Source: Gemmatimonadales bacterium (lineage in GTDB: Bacteria; Gemmatimonadota; Gemmatimonadetes; Gemmatimonadales; GWC2-71-9). From it: a stretch of 64,000 bases of DNA. The notes under the pieces were generated by a model that was not told where the DNA came from, made no database searches, and was given only the letters and a program-made list of their open reading frames with translations. Positions within the stretch are counted from its first letter, which is position 1. Each line of letters starts with the position of its first letter. A program made the translations under genes and the position numbers. The stretch lies in the NCBI GenBank assembly GCA_046260395.1, contig JBHEPH010000006.1:10236-74235 (forward strand), read 5' to 3'. Below, piece after piece: positions 20,684 to 31,670 of the stretch.

Positions 20684-21204
20684 CAGGAATACCTCTCCAG
20701 CAGGCCGGCCACCTGGTCGGGGCTGACGCCGTCGTGGAAGTCCTCGTCGATCAGGACCGGTGTGGCGAATCCGCACGCGCCCAGGCACTCGACCTCGATG
20801 ACCGTAAACCGGCCATCCGCGCTGGTGGTGCCGAGTTCCCCGCAGCCGGTGGCCTTCAGCATGGTGTCCAGCACGTCGGCGGCGCCACAGAGGTGGCAGG
20901 GCGACGTGGTACAGACCTGGATGACGTGGCGGCCCATCGGGTGCTGGTAGTACATGGTGTAGAACGACACCACGCCGCGGACATACGCCGGGGTGAGGCC
21001 CAGCACCTCGGCTACCTCGGCCATGGCGGCCGGCGAGATCCAGCCGCGTGCCTCCTGGATCATCCACAGCGCCGGAAGCAGGCAGGCCTGCCTGGTGGGG
21101 TACTTCGGGAAGAGCGCCTCGAGCCGCTCGCGCACGGCCCCCACGAACACCGGCTCGTGGGGGGTGTCGGTGGCGTGGGCGCCGGCGTGGCCGGTCGCGC
21201 TCAT
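20683..21204 (-). CDS. nuoE: NADH-quinone oxidoreductase subunit E
   Basis: 173-aa ORF with the 2Fe-2S cysteines (…VCTTSPCHLCGA…ECLGACG…). Confidence 0.9.
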   Translation of the reverse strand: MSATGHAGAHATDTPHEPVFVGAVRERLEALFPKYPTRQACLLPALWMIQEARGWISPAAMAEVAEVLGLTPAYVRGVVSFYTMYYQHPMGRHVIQVCTTSPCHLCGAADVLDTMLKATGCGELGTTSADGRFTVIEVECLGACGFATPVLIDEDFHDGVSPDQVAGLLERYS

Positions 21205-23069
21205 CGGTCAATCTCTCCCATGACAATGTCCACGCTGGCGTTGATGGCGATTACGTCGGAGAGCAGCGAGCCAAGGGCCATCTTCGGCAGGGCCGCCAGG
21301 TTGATGAACGAGGGCGGCCGGATCCGCCAGCGCACTGGTTTGGCGGTGCCATCGGAGACGAAGTAGTAGCCCAGCTCGCCCTTGGGATTTTCGACCCCCA
21401 TGTACGCTTCGCCCGCGGGCACGTCCACCCCCTCCATCACCTGCTTGAAGTGATAGATCATGGCCTCCATGTCGCTCATGGCCCGCGACTTGGGCGGCAG
21501 GATCACGCGCGGGTCGTCCACGTTGACCGGCCCCGGCTCCAGGCGGTCCAGTGCCTGCTCGAGGATGCGGACGCTCTGCTTCATTTCCTCGAACCGGACC
21601 AGGTAGCGGTCGTAGATGTCGCCGTGTTCCCCCACCGGGACGTCAAAGTCGTACGTTTCATAGCCCAGGTACGGCTTGTCCTTGCGCAGGTCCCATGGCA
21701 CACCGCTGGCCCGCAGCATGGGGCCCGAGAGGCTGTAGTTGATCGCCTCCTCGGCGGTCATGATCCCGACCCCCTGCGTGCGCCCGATCCAGATCGCGTT
21801 GCGGGTGAACATGGTGTCCACCTCGCGCAGGGTGTCGGGAAAGGTCCGGCAGAACTCGCGGAGCCCGGCCTCGAACCCGTCGGGGATGTCGGCCATCATC
21901 CCGCCGATCCGCGACACGCTGGTGGTCAGCCGGGCGCCGGTCCACATCTCCTGGAGGTTGTAGATCCGCTCCCGCTCCTGGAACGACCAGAGGAACGGGG
22001 TAAAGGCGCCCAGGTCGATGCCGGTGGTGCCGAGCCAGACCAGGTGCGAGATGATCCGGCTCATTTCGCAGGCGATGACCCGCAGCACCTGACAGCGCGG
22101 GGTGATCTCCAGTCCCATCAACTTCTCGGCCGCCAGCGCCAGGCCGACGTTGTTGGCCATCGGCGACAGGTAGTCGGTGCGGTCGGTGAGCGGGATGATC
22201 TGGTTGTAGTGGCGGTACTCCCCCAGTTTCTCGAAGCCCGAGTGCAGGTAGCCGATGTGGGGAATGCAGCGGAGCACCGTCTCGCCGTCCAGCTCGAGGA
22301 CCAGCCGCAGCACGCCGTGGGTGGCCGGGTGCTGGGGACCGATGTTGACCAGCATCGACTCGGAATGGACGTCGAGCCCCTCACTGGTCCGCTGCACCGG
22401 CCGGGGCGGGGTGGATGGGGCGCTCAGTTCCAGCTCGATCGTCCGCGGGGCGTGGGCGGTGGCGGTGGCGCCACCGTTGCCAAGCCGCTCGCGCATGTCG
22501 GCGGGGAGATCCTGCCATGCCTGCGCGACGCTGAGTTCCTCGAGGGAGTAATGACTCTCGGGGCTGGCCGTGAGGACCTGGCGGGTCTGCTCGGCGCGAG
22601 AGTAGTGCCCTCGCAGCGGAAAATCCTTCCGAAGAGGATGGCCTTCGGTATAGGTCTCCCACATCAGGATCCGGCGCAGGTCCGGATGGCCGTGAAAGCG
22701 CACCCCGAACATGTCGTAGACCTCGCGCTCCAGCCAGTTGGCTCCCTGCCAGAGGTCCACGACCGAGGGGACGACCATCGGGCCGGACTTGTCGAGGGTC
22801 ACCTTGACCCGCAGGTCCTCCGCCCGGTCCAGGGCGCGCAACTGGTAGACCACTTCCAGGGGCAGTTCCGGGTCGCGGTAGTCCACCGCCGTCACGTCCA
22901 CGAGGTAGTTGTACTGCTGGCCCGGGGTGTCGCGGAGCCAGGCGAGCACATCCCGGACGCGCTCGAGCGCGACCCAGACGATCGTGTCCCCGCAGGTCAC
23001 GGCGTCGCGAACGATGGCACTCCCGAAGGCGGCGCGGAGCGCCGCGATTGACGGAGAGGCTGCGCTCAT
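21201..23069 (-). CDS. nuoCD: fused NADH-quinone oxidoreductase subunit C/D
   Basis: A single 622-aa ORF. The N-terminal ~170 aa are NuoC-like (…[24 protein letters not shown]…). After a ~60-aa Ser/Pro/Thr/Ala-rich linker comes full NuoD (…[15 protein letters not shown]…[10 protein letters not shown]). The start overlaps the nuoB stop and the stop overlaps the nuoE start. Confidence 0.9.
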   Translation of the reverse strand: MSAASPSIAALRAAFGSAIVRDAVTCGDTIVWVALERVRDVLAWLRDTPGQQYNYLVDVTAVDYRDPELPLEVVYQLRALDRAEDLRVKVTLDKSGPMVVPSVVDLWQGANWLEREVYDMFGVRFHGHPDLRRILMWETYTEGHPLRKDFPLRGHYSRAEQTRQVLTASPESHYSLEELSVAQAWQDLPADMRERLGNGGATATAHAPRTIELELSAPSTPPRPVQRTSEGLDVHSESMLVNIGPQHPATHGVLRLVLELDGETVLRCIPHIGYLHSGFEKLGEYRHYNQIIPLTDRTDYLSPMANNVGLALAAEKLMGLEITPRCQVLRVIACEMSRIISHLVWLGTTGIDLGAFTPFLWSFQERERIYNLQEMWTGARLTTSVSRIGGMMADIPDGFEAGLREFCRTFPDTLREVDTMFTRNAIWIGRTQGVGIMTAEEAINYSLSGPMLRASGVPWDLRKDKPYLGYETYDFDVPVGEHGDIYDRYLVRFEEMKQSVRILEQALDRLEPGPVNVDDPRVILPPKSRAMSDMEAMIYHFKQVMEGVDVPAGEAYMGVENPKGELGYYFVSDGTAKPVRWRIRPPSFINLAALPKMALGSLLSDVIAINASVDIVMGEIDR

Positions 23070-23692
23070 GCCGACCGGGTCTGGTGCACGGAGTTGCCGA
23101 ACGGCTCGGAGATCTCATCGATGGTGCGCGGCGGCAGGAACAGGCCGTCCTTGCCCACCAGGTGCTCCTGGCGCAGGGTCGGGTCGCGGAACGTTTCGCC
23201 CTGGATCTTCTTCTGGAGGAGCATGATCCCGTAGATCAACCCCTCCGGACGCGGCGGGCACCCGGGAACGTACACATCCACCGGGATGATCGTGTCGATG
23301 CCCTGCACCATGGCATAGGTGTCGAAGATGCCGCCGGTGGAGGCGCAGGCCCCCATGCTGATGGCCCACTTGGGCTGGGGCATCTGGTCCCAGACCCGGC
23401 GGATGACGGGCGCGAGCTTGAACGGCAGCCGCCCCGCGCAGATCAGCACGTCGGCCTGCCGCGGCGAGAAGCTCATCCGCTCCATGCCGAAGCGCGAGAG
23501 GTCAAAGCGCCCGGCGGCGGTGGCCATGAACTCGATGGCACAGCAGGCGGTGCCGAAGGGCATCGGCCACAGGGAGTTTGAACGTGCCCAGTTCTGGAGG
23601 AAATCCAGGCGGGTGGTGATGAAGTTGGGCGAGGCGGCGGCGAGGCCACCGCCCTCCGCCCCGTCCGCCGTCGCCGGAGGCGTCAATCCCAT
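23066..23692 (-). CDS. nuoB: NADH-quinone oxidoreductase subunit B
   Basis: Track ORF 23066..24079, trimmed to the ATG at 23692 ([11 protein letters not shown]...). The [10 protein letters not shown] and GCPPRPE motifs are present. Confidence 0.9.
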   Translation of the reverse strand: MGLTPPATADGAEGGGLAAASPNFITTRLDFLQNWARSNSLWPMPFGTACCAIEFMATAAGRFDLSRFGMERMSFSPRQADVLICAGRLPFKLAPVIRRVWDQMPQPKWAISMGACASTGGIFDTYAMVQGIDTIIPVDVYVPGCPPRPEGLIYGIMLLQKKIQGETFRDPTLRQEHLVGKDGLFLPPRTIDEISEPFGNSVHQTRSA

Positions 23693-24048
23693 TGCAATGC
23701 CCCGCGCTTCCAGATGTAGAAGAAGCCGATGTCGAGGATGATGATGAACACGAACATGGCCAGCATCAGCGTCCCGCCGATCCCGGGCAGGTGATGGAAC
23801 GCCACCGCCCAGGGGATCATGAAGACCACCTCGATGTCGAAGATGATGAACATCATCGCCACCAGATAGAACTTGACCGAAAACCGCTCCCGCGCATCCG
23901 TCAGCGCCGGCATCCCCGACTCGTACGCCGCCACCTTGACCGGCGTGCGGCGGTAGCTGCTGAACAGGTGCGAGACCCCCAGCATCAGGATCGCATTGGC
24001 GACCACGAAGAGGGTCAGGATGGCAATCGGAACGTAGGGCTCGAGCAT
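23683..24048 (-). CDS. nuoA: NADH-quinone oxidoreductase subunit A
   Basis: Track ORF 23683..24075. The internal ATG at 24048 ([13 protein letters not shown]...) fits typical NuoA N-termini and follows a GAGGGG-like Shine-Dalgarno sequence. Starting at the upstream ATG at 24075 is also possible. Confidence 0.85.
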   Translation of the reverse strand: MLEPYVPIAILTLFVVANAILMLGVSHLFSSYRRTPVKVAAYESGMPALTDARERFSVKFYLVAMMFIIFDIEVVFMIPWAVAFHHLPGIGGTLMLAMFVFIIILDIGFFYIWKRGALQWD

Positions 24049-24097
24049 GTCGGTCTGGGCCCCTCGTGAAAACATTCACAATGGCTGCAAGTGCCGG

Positions 24098-24126
24098 AAT
24101 CTAACGCGGCGATTCACCTACTTCAA
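24098..24126 (-). promoter_or_regulatory. candidate sigma-70-type promoter of the nuo operon
   Basis: The minus strand reads TTGAAG-N17-TAGATT (-35 at 24126..24121, -10 at 24103..24098), about 25-50 nt upstream of the possible nuoA starts. This is a pattern match only. Confidence 0.3.
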
Positions 24127-24214
24127 GCCGACCAGCGTGCCCGCAAAGGGCTGGCAGGACTATATTTGCCTGCACTCCCCTGACACCGATCCCCCTCCCC
24201 CACGCTGAGGTCCG

Positions 24215-24793
24215 ATGTCCATCAAGTCCGATCGCTGGATCCGCCGCATGGCCACCGAGCACGGGATGATCGAGCCCTTCACCACCGGCCAGGTCCGCGA
24301 AGTGGACCGCCAGGGGCGGAAGGTGATTTCCTATGGCGTCTCGTCCTACGGCTATGACATGCGGGTGGCGCCGGAATTCCAGATCTTCACCAACGTCCTC
24401 TCCGCCGTCGTGGACCCGAAGGCCTTCGACCCCAACAGCCTGGTGGAGTTCAACGGGGACGTCTGCATCGTCCCACCCAACAGCTTTGCCCTGGCCCGCT
24501 CGGTGGAGTACTTCCGGATCCCGCGGAACGTCCTGACGATCTGCGTCGGCAAGAGCACCTACGCCCGGTGCGGCATCATCACCAACGTCACGCCCTTCGA
24601 GCCCGAGTGGGAGGGCCATGTGACCCTGGAAATCAGCAATACCACCCCCCTGCCGGCCAGGATCTATGCCAATGAGGGGATCTGCCAGGTGCTGTTCTTC
24701 GAGGCGGATGACGACGACGTGTGCGAAACGAGTTACAAGGACAAGGCCGGGAAGTATCAGGGCCAGCGTGGGGTGACGCTGCCCCGGCTCTAG
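24215..24793 (+). CDS. dcd: dCTP deaminase
   Basis: 192-aa [25 protein letters not shown]...SYGYDMRV... Full-length Dcd-like sequence. Confidence 0.9.
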   Translation: MSIKSDRWIRRMATEHGMIEPFTTGQVREVDRQGRKVISYGVSSYGYDMRVAPEFQIFTNVLSAVVDPKAFDPNSLVEFNGDVCIVPPNSFALARSVEYFRIPRNVLTICVGKSTYARCGIITNVTPFEPEWEGHVTLEISNTTPLPARIYANEGICQVLFFEADDDDVCETSYKDKAGKYQGQRGVTLPRL

Positions 24794-24800
24794 CCCCGCC

Positions 24801-25571
24801 TCAGCGGGCCGCGAGCGTGGCCCTCCGGAAATCGGCGTTGAGCTGCGCGATCGTCTCGACGCTGATCTCCTTCGGGCAGGCCGCCTCGCATTCACCAAAG
24901 TTGGTGCACCCGCCAAACCCCTCGGCATCCATCCGGTCCACCATGGCCACGGCCCGGCGCAGGCGCTCGGGCTGGCCCTGCGGGAGCAGGCCGAGGTGGG
25001 TGACCTTGGCGGCCGTGAACAGCATCGCCGAGGCGTTCGGACAGGCGGCCACACAGGCGCCACACCCGATGCAGGCGGCCGCGTCCATGGCGCGGTCTGC
25101 CGCCGCCTTGGGCACCAGCACCGCATTGGCATCCGGGGCGCTCCCCGTGGCCACGCTGACGAACCCGCCGGCCTGGATGATCCGGTCGAACGCCGTCCGG
25201 TCCACCACCAGGTCCCGCAGCACGGGAAAGGCGCCGGCCCGCCACGGCTCCACCGTAATCGTGTCGCCATCACGAAAGCTGCGCAGGTGGAGCTGGCAGG
25301 TGGTCGTCGCGGGGTTCGGACCGTGTGGCCGCCCGTTGATGACCATGCTGCACATGCCGCAGATTCCCTCCCGGCAGTCATGGTCGAAGGCGATCGGCTC
25401 CTCGCCACGGGTGGTCAGCGCCTCATTCAGGACATCCAGCATTTCCAGGAACGACATGTCCGGCGAGACATCGGGCATCTCGTAGGTGACGAAGCCGCCA
25501 CGCGCGCTGGTGCGCGGCTGGCGCCAGACCTTCAGGGTGATCCGCATCGTGGTGGTGCCTGAACCAGCCAT
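24801..25571 (-). CDS. sdhB: succinate dehydrogenase/fumarate reductase iron-sulfur subunit
   Basis: Track ORF 24801..25574. The ATG at 25571 lies 5-6 nt downstream of GGAGAG. Three Fe-S cysteine clusters are present: [23 protein letters not shown] and [12 protein letters not shown]. Confidence 0.9.
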   Translation of the reverse strand: MAGSGTTTMRITLKVWRQPRTSARGGFVTYEMPDVSPDMSFLEMLDVLNEALTTRGEEPIAFDHDCREGICGMCSMVINGRPHGPNPATTTCQLHLRSFRDGDTITVEPWRAGAFPVLRDLVVDRTAFDRIIQAGGFVSVATGSAPDANAVLVPKAAADRAMDAAACIGCGACVAACPNASAMLFTAAKVTHLGLLPQGQPERLRRAVAMVDRMDAEGFGGCTNFGECEAACPKEISVETIAQLNADFRRATLAAR

Positions 25572-25656
25572 CAATCTCTCCGGGAAAACGGGCGAGGCAG
25601 GCCTCGCCCCTGCGATTGTCGCGTAACCGCCCGCGCGGGCGGACCACGGTCCGCCC

Positions 25657-27567
25657 CTACTTGTAGGACCGGGTCGCCAGCTGGACGTGTTCGAATGTCA
25701 ACGGTTCCTTGTGCAGCCGCGGCGCGGCCGTGTCGCCGGTGTATTCCCACGCGGCCACGTAGCTGAAGGCGTCATCGTTGCGCCGGGCTTCGCCGTCGTC
25801 CTGGTACTCCTCGCGGAAGTGTCCGCCACACGATTCCTCGCGGTGCAGCGCGTCCACGCACATCAACTCCCCGAACTCCAGGAAGTCGGCCACGCGTCCC
25901 GCCCTCTCCAAAGCCTGGTTGAGCTCCTCACCGCTGCCGGTGACCCGCACATCCCGCCAGAACTCCTCCCGCAGCGCCGGAATCTTCTCCAGCGCGGTCC
26001 GGAGCCCCTCGGCGGTCCGCGCCATCCCGCAGTAGTCCCACATAATCCGCCCGAGCTCGCGGTGGAACGAATCCACCGTCCGCGAGCCATTGATCCCAAG
26101 CAGCTTCGTCACCTGGGCGCGGGCCGCTTCCACCGCCCCCCGGAACTCGGGGTGATCGGCCGAGACCGGCTCGAGTTTGGCCGTGGCCAGGTAATCCCCC
26201 AGCGTGTTCGGGATCACGAAGTACCCGTCGGCCAATCCCTGCATCAGGGCGCTGGCGCCCAGCCGATTGGCGCCATGGTCGGAGAAATTGGCCTCGCCGA
26301 GCACGTGCAGGCCGGGAATGGTGCTCATCAGGTTGTAATCCACCCAGAGCCCACCCATCGTGTAGTGGACCGCCGGGTAGATCCGCATCGGCAGCTGGTA
26401 GGGGTCCTCGGCCGTGATTCGTTCATACATCTCGAAGAGGTTGCCATACCGCTCGGCGATCGTTTCGCGTCCCAGGCGCTGGATCGCATCACCGAAGTCA
26501 AGGTAGACGCCGAGTCCGCCCGGCCCCACCCCGCGACCCTCGTCGCAGACCTGCTTGGCGGCCCGGCTGGCGATGTCTCGCGGGGCCAGGTTGCCAAAAC
26601 TCGGATACTTTCGCTCCAGGTAGTAGTCACGCTCCGCCTCGGGAATCTCGCCGGGCGCCCGGCTGTCCCCCGCCACCAGCGGCACCCACACCCGGCCGTC
26701 ATTGCGAAGCGACTCCGACATCAGGGTCAGCTTGGACTGGTAGTCCCCGCTGACCGGGATGCAGGTCGGGTGGATCTGGGTGAAGCATGGGTTGCCGAAG
26801 GCGGCGCCCTTCTTGTGGGCCCGCCAGGTGGCGGTCACGTTGCACCCCTTGGCGTTGGTGGACAGGAAGAACACGTTGCCGTACCCGCCGGTGGCCAGGA
26901 TCACGGCGTCGGCGGCGTGGGCCTCGATTGCCCCGCTCACGAGGTCGCGCGTCACGATGCCCCGTGCCTTGCCGTCCACCAGCACCACGTCCAGCATCTC
27001 GGTGCGCGGGTGCATCGTGACCGTGCCGGCCGCGATCTGCCGCTCCAGCGCGCTGTAGGCGCCGAGCAGGAGCTGCTGCCCGGTCTGGCCGCGGGCGTAG
27101 AAGGTGCGGGAGACCTGCGCGCCGCCGAACGAGCGGTTGCTGAGCATCCCGCCGTACTCGCGGGCAAAGGGCACTCCCTGCGCCACGCACTGGTCAATGA
27201 TGTTGACGCTGACCTGGGCCAGCCGGTAGACGTTGGCCTCGCGGGCACGGAAGTCCCCCCCCTTGACCGTGTCGTAGAACAGCCGCCAGATGCTGTCGCC
27301 GTCGTTCTGGTAATTCTTGGCGGCATTGATGCCGCCCTGCGCCGCGATGCTGTGGGCCCGACGCGGGCTGTCCTGGAAGCAGAAGCAGCGCACCCGGTAG
27401 CCCAGCTCGCCGAGGCTCGCGGCGGCGGAGGCGCCGGCCAGGCCGCTCCCTACCACGATGACCTCAAACTTCCGCTTGTTGGCCGGATTCACGAGCTTGA
27501 GCTCGAACTTGTGGCGGTCCCACTTGTCGGCGAGGGGACCGCTGGGGATCTTGGCGTCGAGATGCAT
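25657..27567 (-). CDS. sdhA: succinate dehydrogenase/fumarate reductase flavoprotein subunit
   Basis: Track ORF 25657..27669, trimmed to the ATG at 27567 ([21 protein letters not shown]...). It has the FAD motif [12 protein letters not shown] and the HYTMGGL motif. Confidence 0.95.
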   Translation of the reverse strand: MHLDAKIPSGPLADKWDRHKFELKLVNPANKRKFEVIVVGSGLAGASAAASLGELGYRVRCFCFQDSPRRAHSIAAQGGINAAKNYQNDGDSIWRLFYDTVKGGDFRAREANVYRLAQVSVNIIDQCVAQGVPFAREYGGMLSNRSFGGAQVSRTFYARGQTGQQLLLGAYSALERQIAAGTVTMHPRTEMLDVVLVDGKARGIVTRDLVSGAIEAHAADAVILATGGYGNVFFLSTNAKGCNVTATWRAHKKGAAFGNPCFTQIHPTCIPVSGDYQSKLTLMSESLRNDGRVWVPLVAGDSRAPGEIPEAERDYYLERKYPSFGNLAPRDIASRAAKQVCDEGRGVGPGGLGVYLDFGDAIQRLGRETIAERYGNLFEMYERITAEDPYQLPMRIYPAVHYTMGGLWVDYNLMSTIPGLHVLGEANFSDHGANRLGASALMQGLADGYFVIPNTLGDYLATAKLEPVSADHPEFRGAVEAARAQVTKLLGINGSRTVDSFHRELGRIMWDYCGMARTAEGLRTALEKIPALREEFWRDVRVTGSGEELNQALERAGRVADFLEFGELMCVDALHREESCGGHFREEYQDDGEARRNDDAFSYVAAWEYTGDTAAPRLHKEPLTFEHVQLATRSYK

Positions 27568-27610
27568 CAGGACCGCGCGCTCCGCTGGAGGACACCCGCA
27601 CCATGGCGAC

Positions 27611-28273
27611 TCATCGTCCCGCCCATCCGGCCAGCACCCCGATCGGGATTGCCAGCAGGCCCCCGGCAATCAGGATGGTCAGCCCCCAGGCCAGCGCCGT
27701 CCGGGCCGCCTGCCAGCGCGGGTGGTTCAGGCCCATGGTCTGGAAGAATGACCAGATGCCGTGGGAGAGGTGCAGCCCGAGTGCCAGCATGGCCACGATG
27801 TAGAACGCCGCGACGGCGGGTTGCAGCTGGAACCCGGTGATGAGATTCTGGCCCACGCGCCCTGGGATGAAGTCCGGGTGCACGGTGCCCGTGGTGAAAT
27901 GGAGGATGTGGAAGATGATGAAGAACAGCAGGATGAAGCCGCCCACCCGCATGGTCCGCGCGCCCAGCGTGCTGGCACGGTGTGCCAGCTGCTCATACCC
28001 GACCGGCCGCGCCTTGCGCGCCAGACCCGTGAGCTGGAGGGCCATGGCCACATGCACGAGGGCCAGCGCGAGCAATCCCAACCGCGCCACCCACAGCAGC
28101 GGCCCGAAACTCCGCAGCCACTCGGCGTAGGCGTCAAGGGCCGTGGGATTCGTGAAGACCAGGAGGTTCGAGGCCATGTGGCTGAGCAGGAACCCGACCA
28201 GCAGGATGCCTGTCACCGCCATCAGGATCTTCTTGCCGATCACCGACCGATAGAACGCGACCATCCAGTTCAT
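27611..28273 (-). CDS. sdhC: succinate dehydrogenase cytochrome b558-type membrane subunit
   Basis: Track ORF 27611..28339, trimmed to the ATG at 28273 ([22 protein letters not shown]...). About 220 aa with five predicted transmembrane segments and conserved His residues, giving a single-anchor three-subunit enzyme. Confidence 0.8.
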   Translation of the reverse strand: MNWMVAFYRSVIGKKILMAVTGILLVGFLLSHMASNLLVFTNPTALDAYAEWLRSFGPLLWVARLGLLALALVHVAMALQLTGLARKARPVGYEQLAHRASTLGARTMRVGGFILLFFIIFHILHFTTGTVHPDFIPGRVGQNLITGFQLQPAVAAFYIVAMLALGLHLSHGIWSFFQTMGLNHPRWQAARTALAWGLTILIAGGLLAIPIGVLAGWAGR

Positions 28274-28392
28274 CCGGCTCCCTTGTGGCCCCCGTGCGCC
28301 CACCATGGCGTGCCTGCCCTCCTCACGCCGCCCCGGCAACCGCCTGCACGCCCCCCTGGTACCCCGCCATTCGCGCCAGGTTCACCCTCCGA

Positions 28393-29325
28393 TCAGAGTG
28401 TGTCCACCAGCCGCTGCACCTCCCGGACGCCCTCCGCCGAGGCGTGGAGCGCGTCTCGCTCGGCGTCGGTCAGGGTGACCTCCACAATCTGTTCCAGGCC
28501 GCCCGCCCCCAGCTTGCAGGGCACGCCGCAGTAGACATCGGTCAGCCCGTACTCGCCCTGCAACCAGGCCGAGCTCGGCAGGATCCGCTTCTTGTCGAGG
28601 ACGATCGCTTCGACCATCTGGACGGCCGCGGCGCTGGGCGCGTAGTAGGCCGAGCCGGTCTTGAGGTGGGCCACGATCTCAGCCCCGCCGTTCCGGGTGC
28701 GCTGCACGATCGCGTCCAGCTTGTCCTTGGCCAGGAGCTGGGTCACCGGAATGCCGGAAACCGTGGTGTAGCTGACGAGGGGAACCATGGTGTCGCCGTG
28801 GCCGCCGAGCACCATGGCCTGGATATCCTCAACGGACACGTCCATCGCCTCCGAGAGAAACATCCGGTAGCGCGCCGTGTCGAGCACACCGGCCATGCCA
28901 AGCACCCGCTCGCGCGGGAACCCGGAGCCCTGCATGGCGACATAGCACATCACGTCCAGCGGATTCGAGACGACGATGATGATCGCATCGGGCGCCACCC
29001 GGGCGATCTCCTGCGACACCGAGCGGACGATCCCGGCGTTGGTCTTGACGAGATCGTCGCGGCTCATCCCAGGCTTGCGGGCGATGCCCGCGGTCACCAC
29101 GAAGAGCTCCGAGCCGGCGGCCTCGTCGTAGCCGTTGCTGCCGATGACCCGCGCATCGAACCCTTCGACGGGGCCGGACTGCCATTGATCGAGCCCCTTG
29201 CCCTGGGGAACGCCTTCCACGACGTCCACCATGACGATCGTCCGGGCCAGGTGCTTCTCGGCCAGCCGCTGCGCCGCGGTGGCGCCCACGTTGCCTGCCC
29301 CGACCACCGTGATCTTGTTCATCAT
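28393..29325 (-). CDS. mdh: malate dehydrogenase (LDH-like family)
   Basis: Track ORF 28393..29376, trimmed to [18 protein letters not shown]... The [12 protein letters not shown] motif and GGHGDTMVP are present. Confidence 0.9.
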   Translation of the reverse strand: MMNKITVVGAGNVGATAAQRLAEKHLARTIVMVDVVEGVPQGKGLDQWQSGPVEGFDARVIGSNGYDEAAGSELFVVTAGIARKPGMSRDDLVKTNAGIVRSVSQEIARVAPDAIIIVVSNPLDVMCYVAMQGSGFPRERVLGMAGVLDTARYRMFLSEAMDVSVEDIQAMVLGGHGDTMVPLVSYTTVSGIPVTQLLAKDKLDAIVQRTRNGGAEIVAHLKTGSAYYAPSAAAVQMVEAIVLDKKRILPSSAWLQGEYGLTDVYCGVPCKLGAGGLEQIVEVTLTDAERDALHASAEGVREVQRLVDTL

Positions 29326-29418
29326 CCTGGGAAACCCGCGCCTGTCTGTCTGAAATGTGGGGCAGCCGCCTGCCATGAATGTGCCGCGAAAGCGCCGAAA
29401 ACTAACCGCCGATCGGGA

Positions 29419-29877
29419 TCACTCCAACCCCCGGAGCTGTCGCAATCCCTCGTACAGGACGATCCCCGCCGCCGTGGCCAGGTTCAGGCTGCGGACCGCC
29501 GGTGTCATCGGAATCCGGAAGCATTCGTCCGGGTGCTTCTCAAGGATCCGCGCCGGCATCCCGTCCGTCTCGTTGCCGAACACCAGGCAGCTGTTCGGCT
29601 TGATGGGTGCATCCCAATAGGGCCGGGTGGCCCGCGCACTGAAGTACAGGCATCGCTCCCGCGACATCGCCTCCCGGAACGCCCGCCACCCGGGGTGCAC
29701 CCAGAGGTCCACGCCGTCCCAGTAGTCCAGCCCGGCCCGACGCATCTCGGCGTCGTCGATCCGAAAGCCGAGCGGTTCGATCAGGTGCAGCGACGAGTCA
29801 GTGGCGGCACAGAGCCGCGCGATGTTGCCGGTGTTGGGCGGAATCTTCGGCTCGATGAGGGCGATCTGCAGGCCCAT
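29419..29877 (-). CDS. trmL: tRNA (cytidine/uridine-2'-O)-methyltransferase TrmL (SpoU family)
   Basis: 152-aa ORF MGLQIALIEPKIPPNTGNIARLCAA...LVFGNETDG...RSLNLATAAGIVLYE. Confidence 0.8.
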   Translation of the reverse strand: MGLQIALIEPKIPPNTGNIARLCAATDSSLHLIEPLGFRIDDAEMRRAGLDYWDGVDLWVHPGWRAFREAMSRERCLYFSARATRPYWDAPIKPNSCLVFGNETDGMPARILEKHPDECFRIPMTPAVRSLNLATAAGIVLYEGLRQLRGLE

Positions 29878-29912
29878 GCCACCTCCGGTGGTTCAAGCAG
29901 GGAACCGGGCGG

Positions 29913-30932
29913 TCACCCGCCCCGCGTGTGCATCTCCTGGCGCGGATCGGCCCGGAGCCCCTCCAGCGGCACCAGCGTCCCCCGCACGGGCTCCTCCAGG
30001 CGCCGCTCGGCGCCACGGTCCTCCCGCCCCTGCCAGGTCCGCACGAGGAGATCCGACAACTCGGCATCGGTGGCGCCATCCCGGAGCGGCTGCCGCAGGT
30101 CCACACCGCCGCGCGCATACAGGCAGAGGAACCATGTGCCGTCGGCGGTGATCCGGCTCCGGTCGCAGTCGCGGCAGAACGGCCTGGTGGTGGACGCGAT
30201 CACCCCGAATACCGTCCCGTCCGGCAGGCGAAAGCGCTCGGCCGGGGCGGCCCCGCGCGCCGGGAGCGCCTCCGGCGTCCCGAACCGTGCCGCGACACGC
30301 GCCAGGATCTCCTCCTGCGGCACCACATCTCCCGGTGACCACTGTGTCGCGCCGCCGACATCCATGTACTCGATGAAGCGCACCTCCACCCCGCGCTCGC
30401 GCCCGAAGGCGAGCAGGTCGGCCACCTCGTCGTCGTTGTACCCGCGGATGACCACGGCATTCAGCTTCACGGCCTCGAACCCTGCCCCGATGGCCGCGTC
30501 GATCCCCGTCAGGACGTCAGGGTGTCGGGCCGACTTGGCGAAGGCCAGCATCCGGTCTGGGCGCAGCGTGTCGAGGCTGATGGTCACCCGACGCAGCCCC
30601 GCCGTGCGCAGCGCGGCGACGCGCGGCGCCAGGAGCAGTCCGTTCGTCGTCAGCGCCAGGTCCTTGACACCCGGCTGCTCGGCGAGCATCTGCACCAGCA
30701 CCTCAAGATCATGACGCAGCAACGGTTCGCCACCCGTCAGGCGCACCTTGTTCGCGCCGAGGGACGTGAAGATGCCGGCGAGCCGGTTGAATTCCTCGTA
30801 ACTCAGGATGGAGCTGCGCGGCAGCCAGACATACTCTGCCTCCGGCATGCAGTAGCCGCAGCGCAGGTTGCACCGATCAGTCACCGACAGCCGGAGGCTG
30901 CCAAGCGGGCGATGCAGCTGGTCCGCGATCAC
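29913..30932 (-). CDS. moaA: GTP 3',8-cyclase MoaA (radical SAM)
   Basis: 339-aa ORF with the CNLRCGYCMP radical-SAM motif and the C-terminal cluster cysteines CRDCDRSR. Confidence 0.9.
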   Translation of the reverse strand: MIADQLHRPLGSLRLSVTDRCNLRCGYCMPEAEYVWLPRSSILSYEEFNRLAGIFTSLGANKVRLTGGEPLLRHDLEVLVQMLAEQPGVKDLALTTNGLLLAPRVAALRTAGLRRVTISLDTLRPDRMLAFAKSARHPDVLTGIDAAIGAGFEAVKLNAVVIRGYNDDEVADLLAFGRERGVEVRFIEYMDVGGATQWSPGDVVPQEEILARVAARFGTPEALPARGAAPAERFRLPDGTVFGVIASTTRPFCRDCDRSRITADGTWFLCLYARGGVDLRQPLRDGATDAELSDLLVRTWQGREDRGAERRLEEPVRGTLVPLEGLRADPRQEMHTRGG

Positions 30933-31339
30933 GAGGTCGGCTCCACCCAGCCAACCGAACCGTCGGTGTAATACTCACGTTTCCAGATGGGCACTCGTCG
31001 CTTCAGCTCCTCGATGACGTAGCGGCAGGCCTCGAACGCCTCCCCTCGATGGGCACCGGCGACCGCAACCGCCACCGCCGCCGCCCCAACCTCCAACATG
31101 CCGGTGCGGTGGCGGGCGGCAACCTGGACGGGCCAGCGCCCCGCCACCTCCCCAAGGATGGCCGTCGCCTCCGCCTCCGCCATCTCCGGGTAGGCTGAAT
31201 ACTCCAACCGCACCACGCCACGCCCTTCGTGGTGGTCGCGCACCAGGCCCAGGAAGGTGGCCACCGCGCCACGGTCGGGGCCGACGACCTCGGCGACGAG
31301 CGCGCCAAGGTCGAGCGAATCGCCCGTCAGGAGTGCCAT
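30929..31339 (-). CDS. moaE: molybdopterin synthase catalytic subunit MoaE
   Basis: 136-aa ORF (…ATFLGLVRDHHEGRGV…PIWKREYY…). Its stop overlaps the moaA start. Confidence 0.85.
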   Translation of the reverse strand: MALLTGDSLDLGALVAEVVGPDRGAVATFLGLVRDHHEGRGVVRLEYSAYPEMAEAEATAILGEVAGRWPVQVAARHRTGMLEVGAAAVAVAVAGAHRGEAFEACRYVIEELKRRVPIWKREYYTDGSVGWVEPTS

Positions 31340-31342
31340 GCC

Positions 31343-31597
31343 TCAGCCCCCGGCCATCGGAGGCAGCAGCGCCAGTTCGTCACCGGCGGTCACCGAGTCG
31401 CCCAACTGCGCCTGGCGGGCGTTGAGCGCCACGAGGATTCGGTCGGGGAGTTGGTCGCCGCCCGGGAGTCGGCGGACATCATCGAGCACGCCCTGCACCG
31501 TCGGGGGGTTGGGCAGCGCAAGTTCAAGTCGGTCCGCCCCAAGCAGCTCGGCGTACCGGGCAAAGGCCAGGATGCGGATCGGAGGGGGCTCGGACAT
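31343..31597 (-). CDS. moaD: molybdopterin synthase sulfur-carrier subunit MoaD
   Basis: The C-terminal 84 codons of track ORF 31343..31936, starting at the ATG at 31597 (MSEPPPIRILAFARYAELLG...) and ending in the diagnostic Gly-Gly (PPMAGG*). The gene is adjacent to moaE. Confidence 0.8.
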   Translation of the reverse strand: MSEPPPIRILAFARYAELLGADRLELALPNPPTVQGVLDDVRRLPGGDQLPDRILVALNARQAQLGDSVTAGDELALLPPMAGG

Positions 31598-31600
31598 GCC

Positions 31601-31633
31601 GAAAGGTAAACGGGACGGTCGCATGACCGTCCC
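31601..31633 (-). terminator. rho-independent-type terminator after the HU/IHF gene, 4 nt upstream of the moaD ATG
   Basis: The minus strand reads GGGACGGTC-atgc-GACCGTCCC, a perfect 9-bp stem (31633..31612), followed by GTTTACCTTTC. Confidence 0.55.
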
Positions 31634-31670
31634 ATTCGATTGGCTGAAGCGAGGTTGCCGGCGTGGTGAT

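Noticed and set aside
24101-25408. A 435-aa minus-strand ORF spanning dcd (antisense) and sdhB (out of frame).
   Set aside because: It overlaps two well-supported genes, has a Arg/Pro/Trp-rich composition, and no motifs. It is a high-GC artefact.
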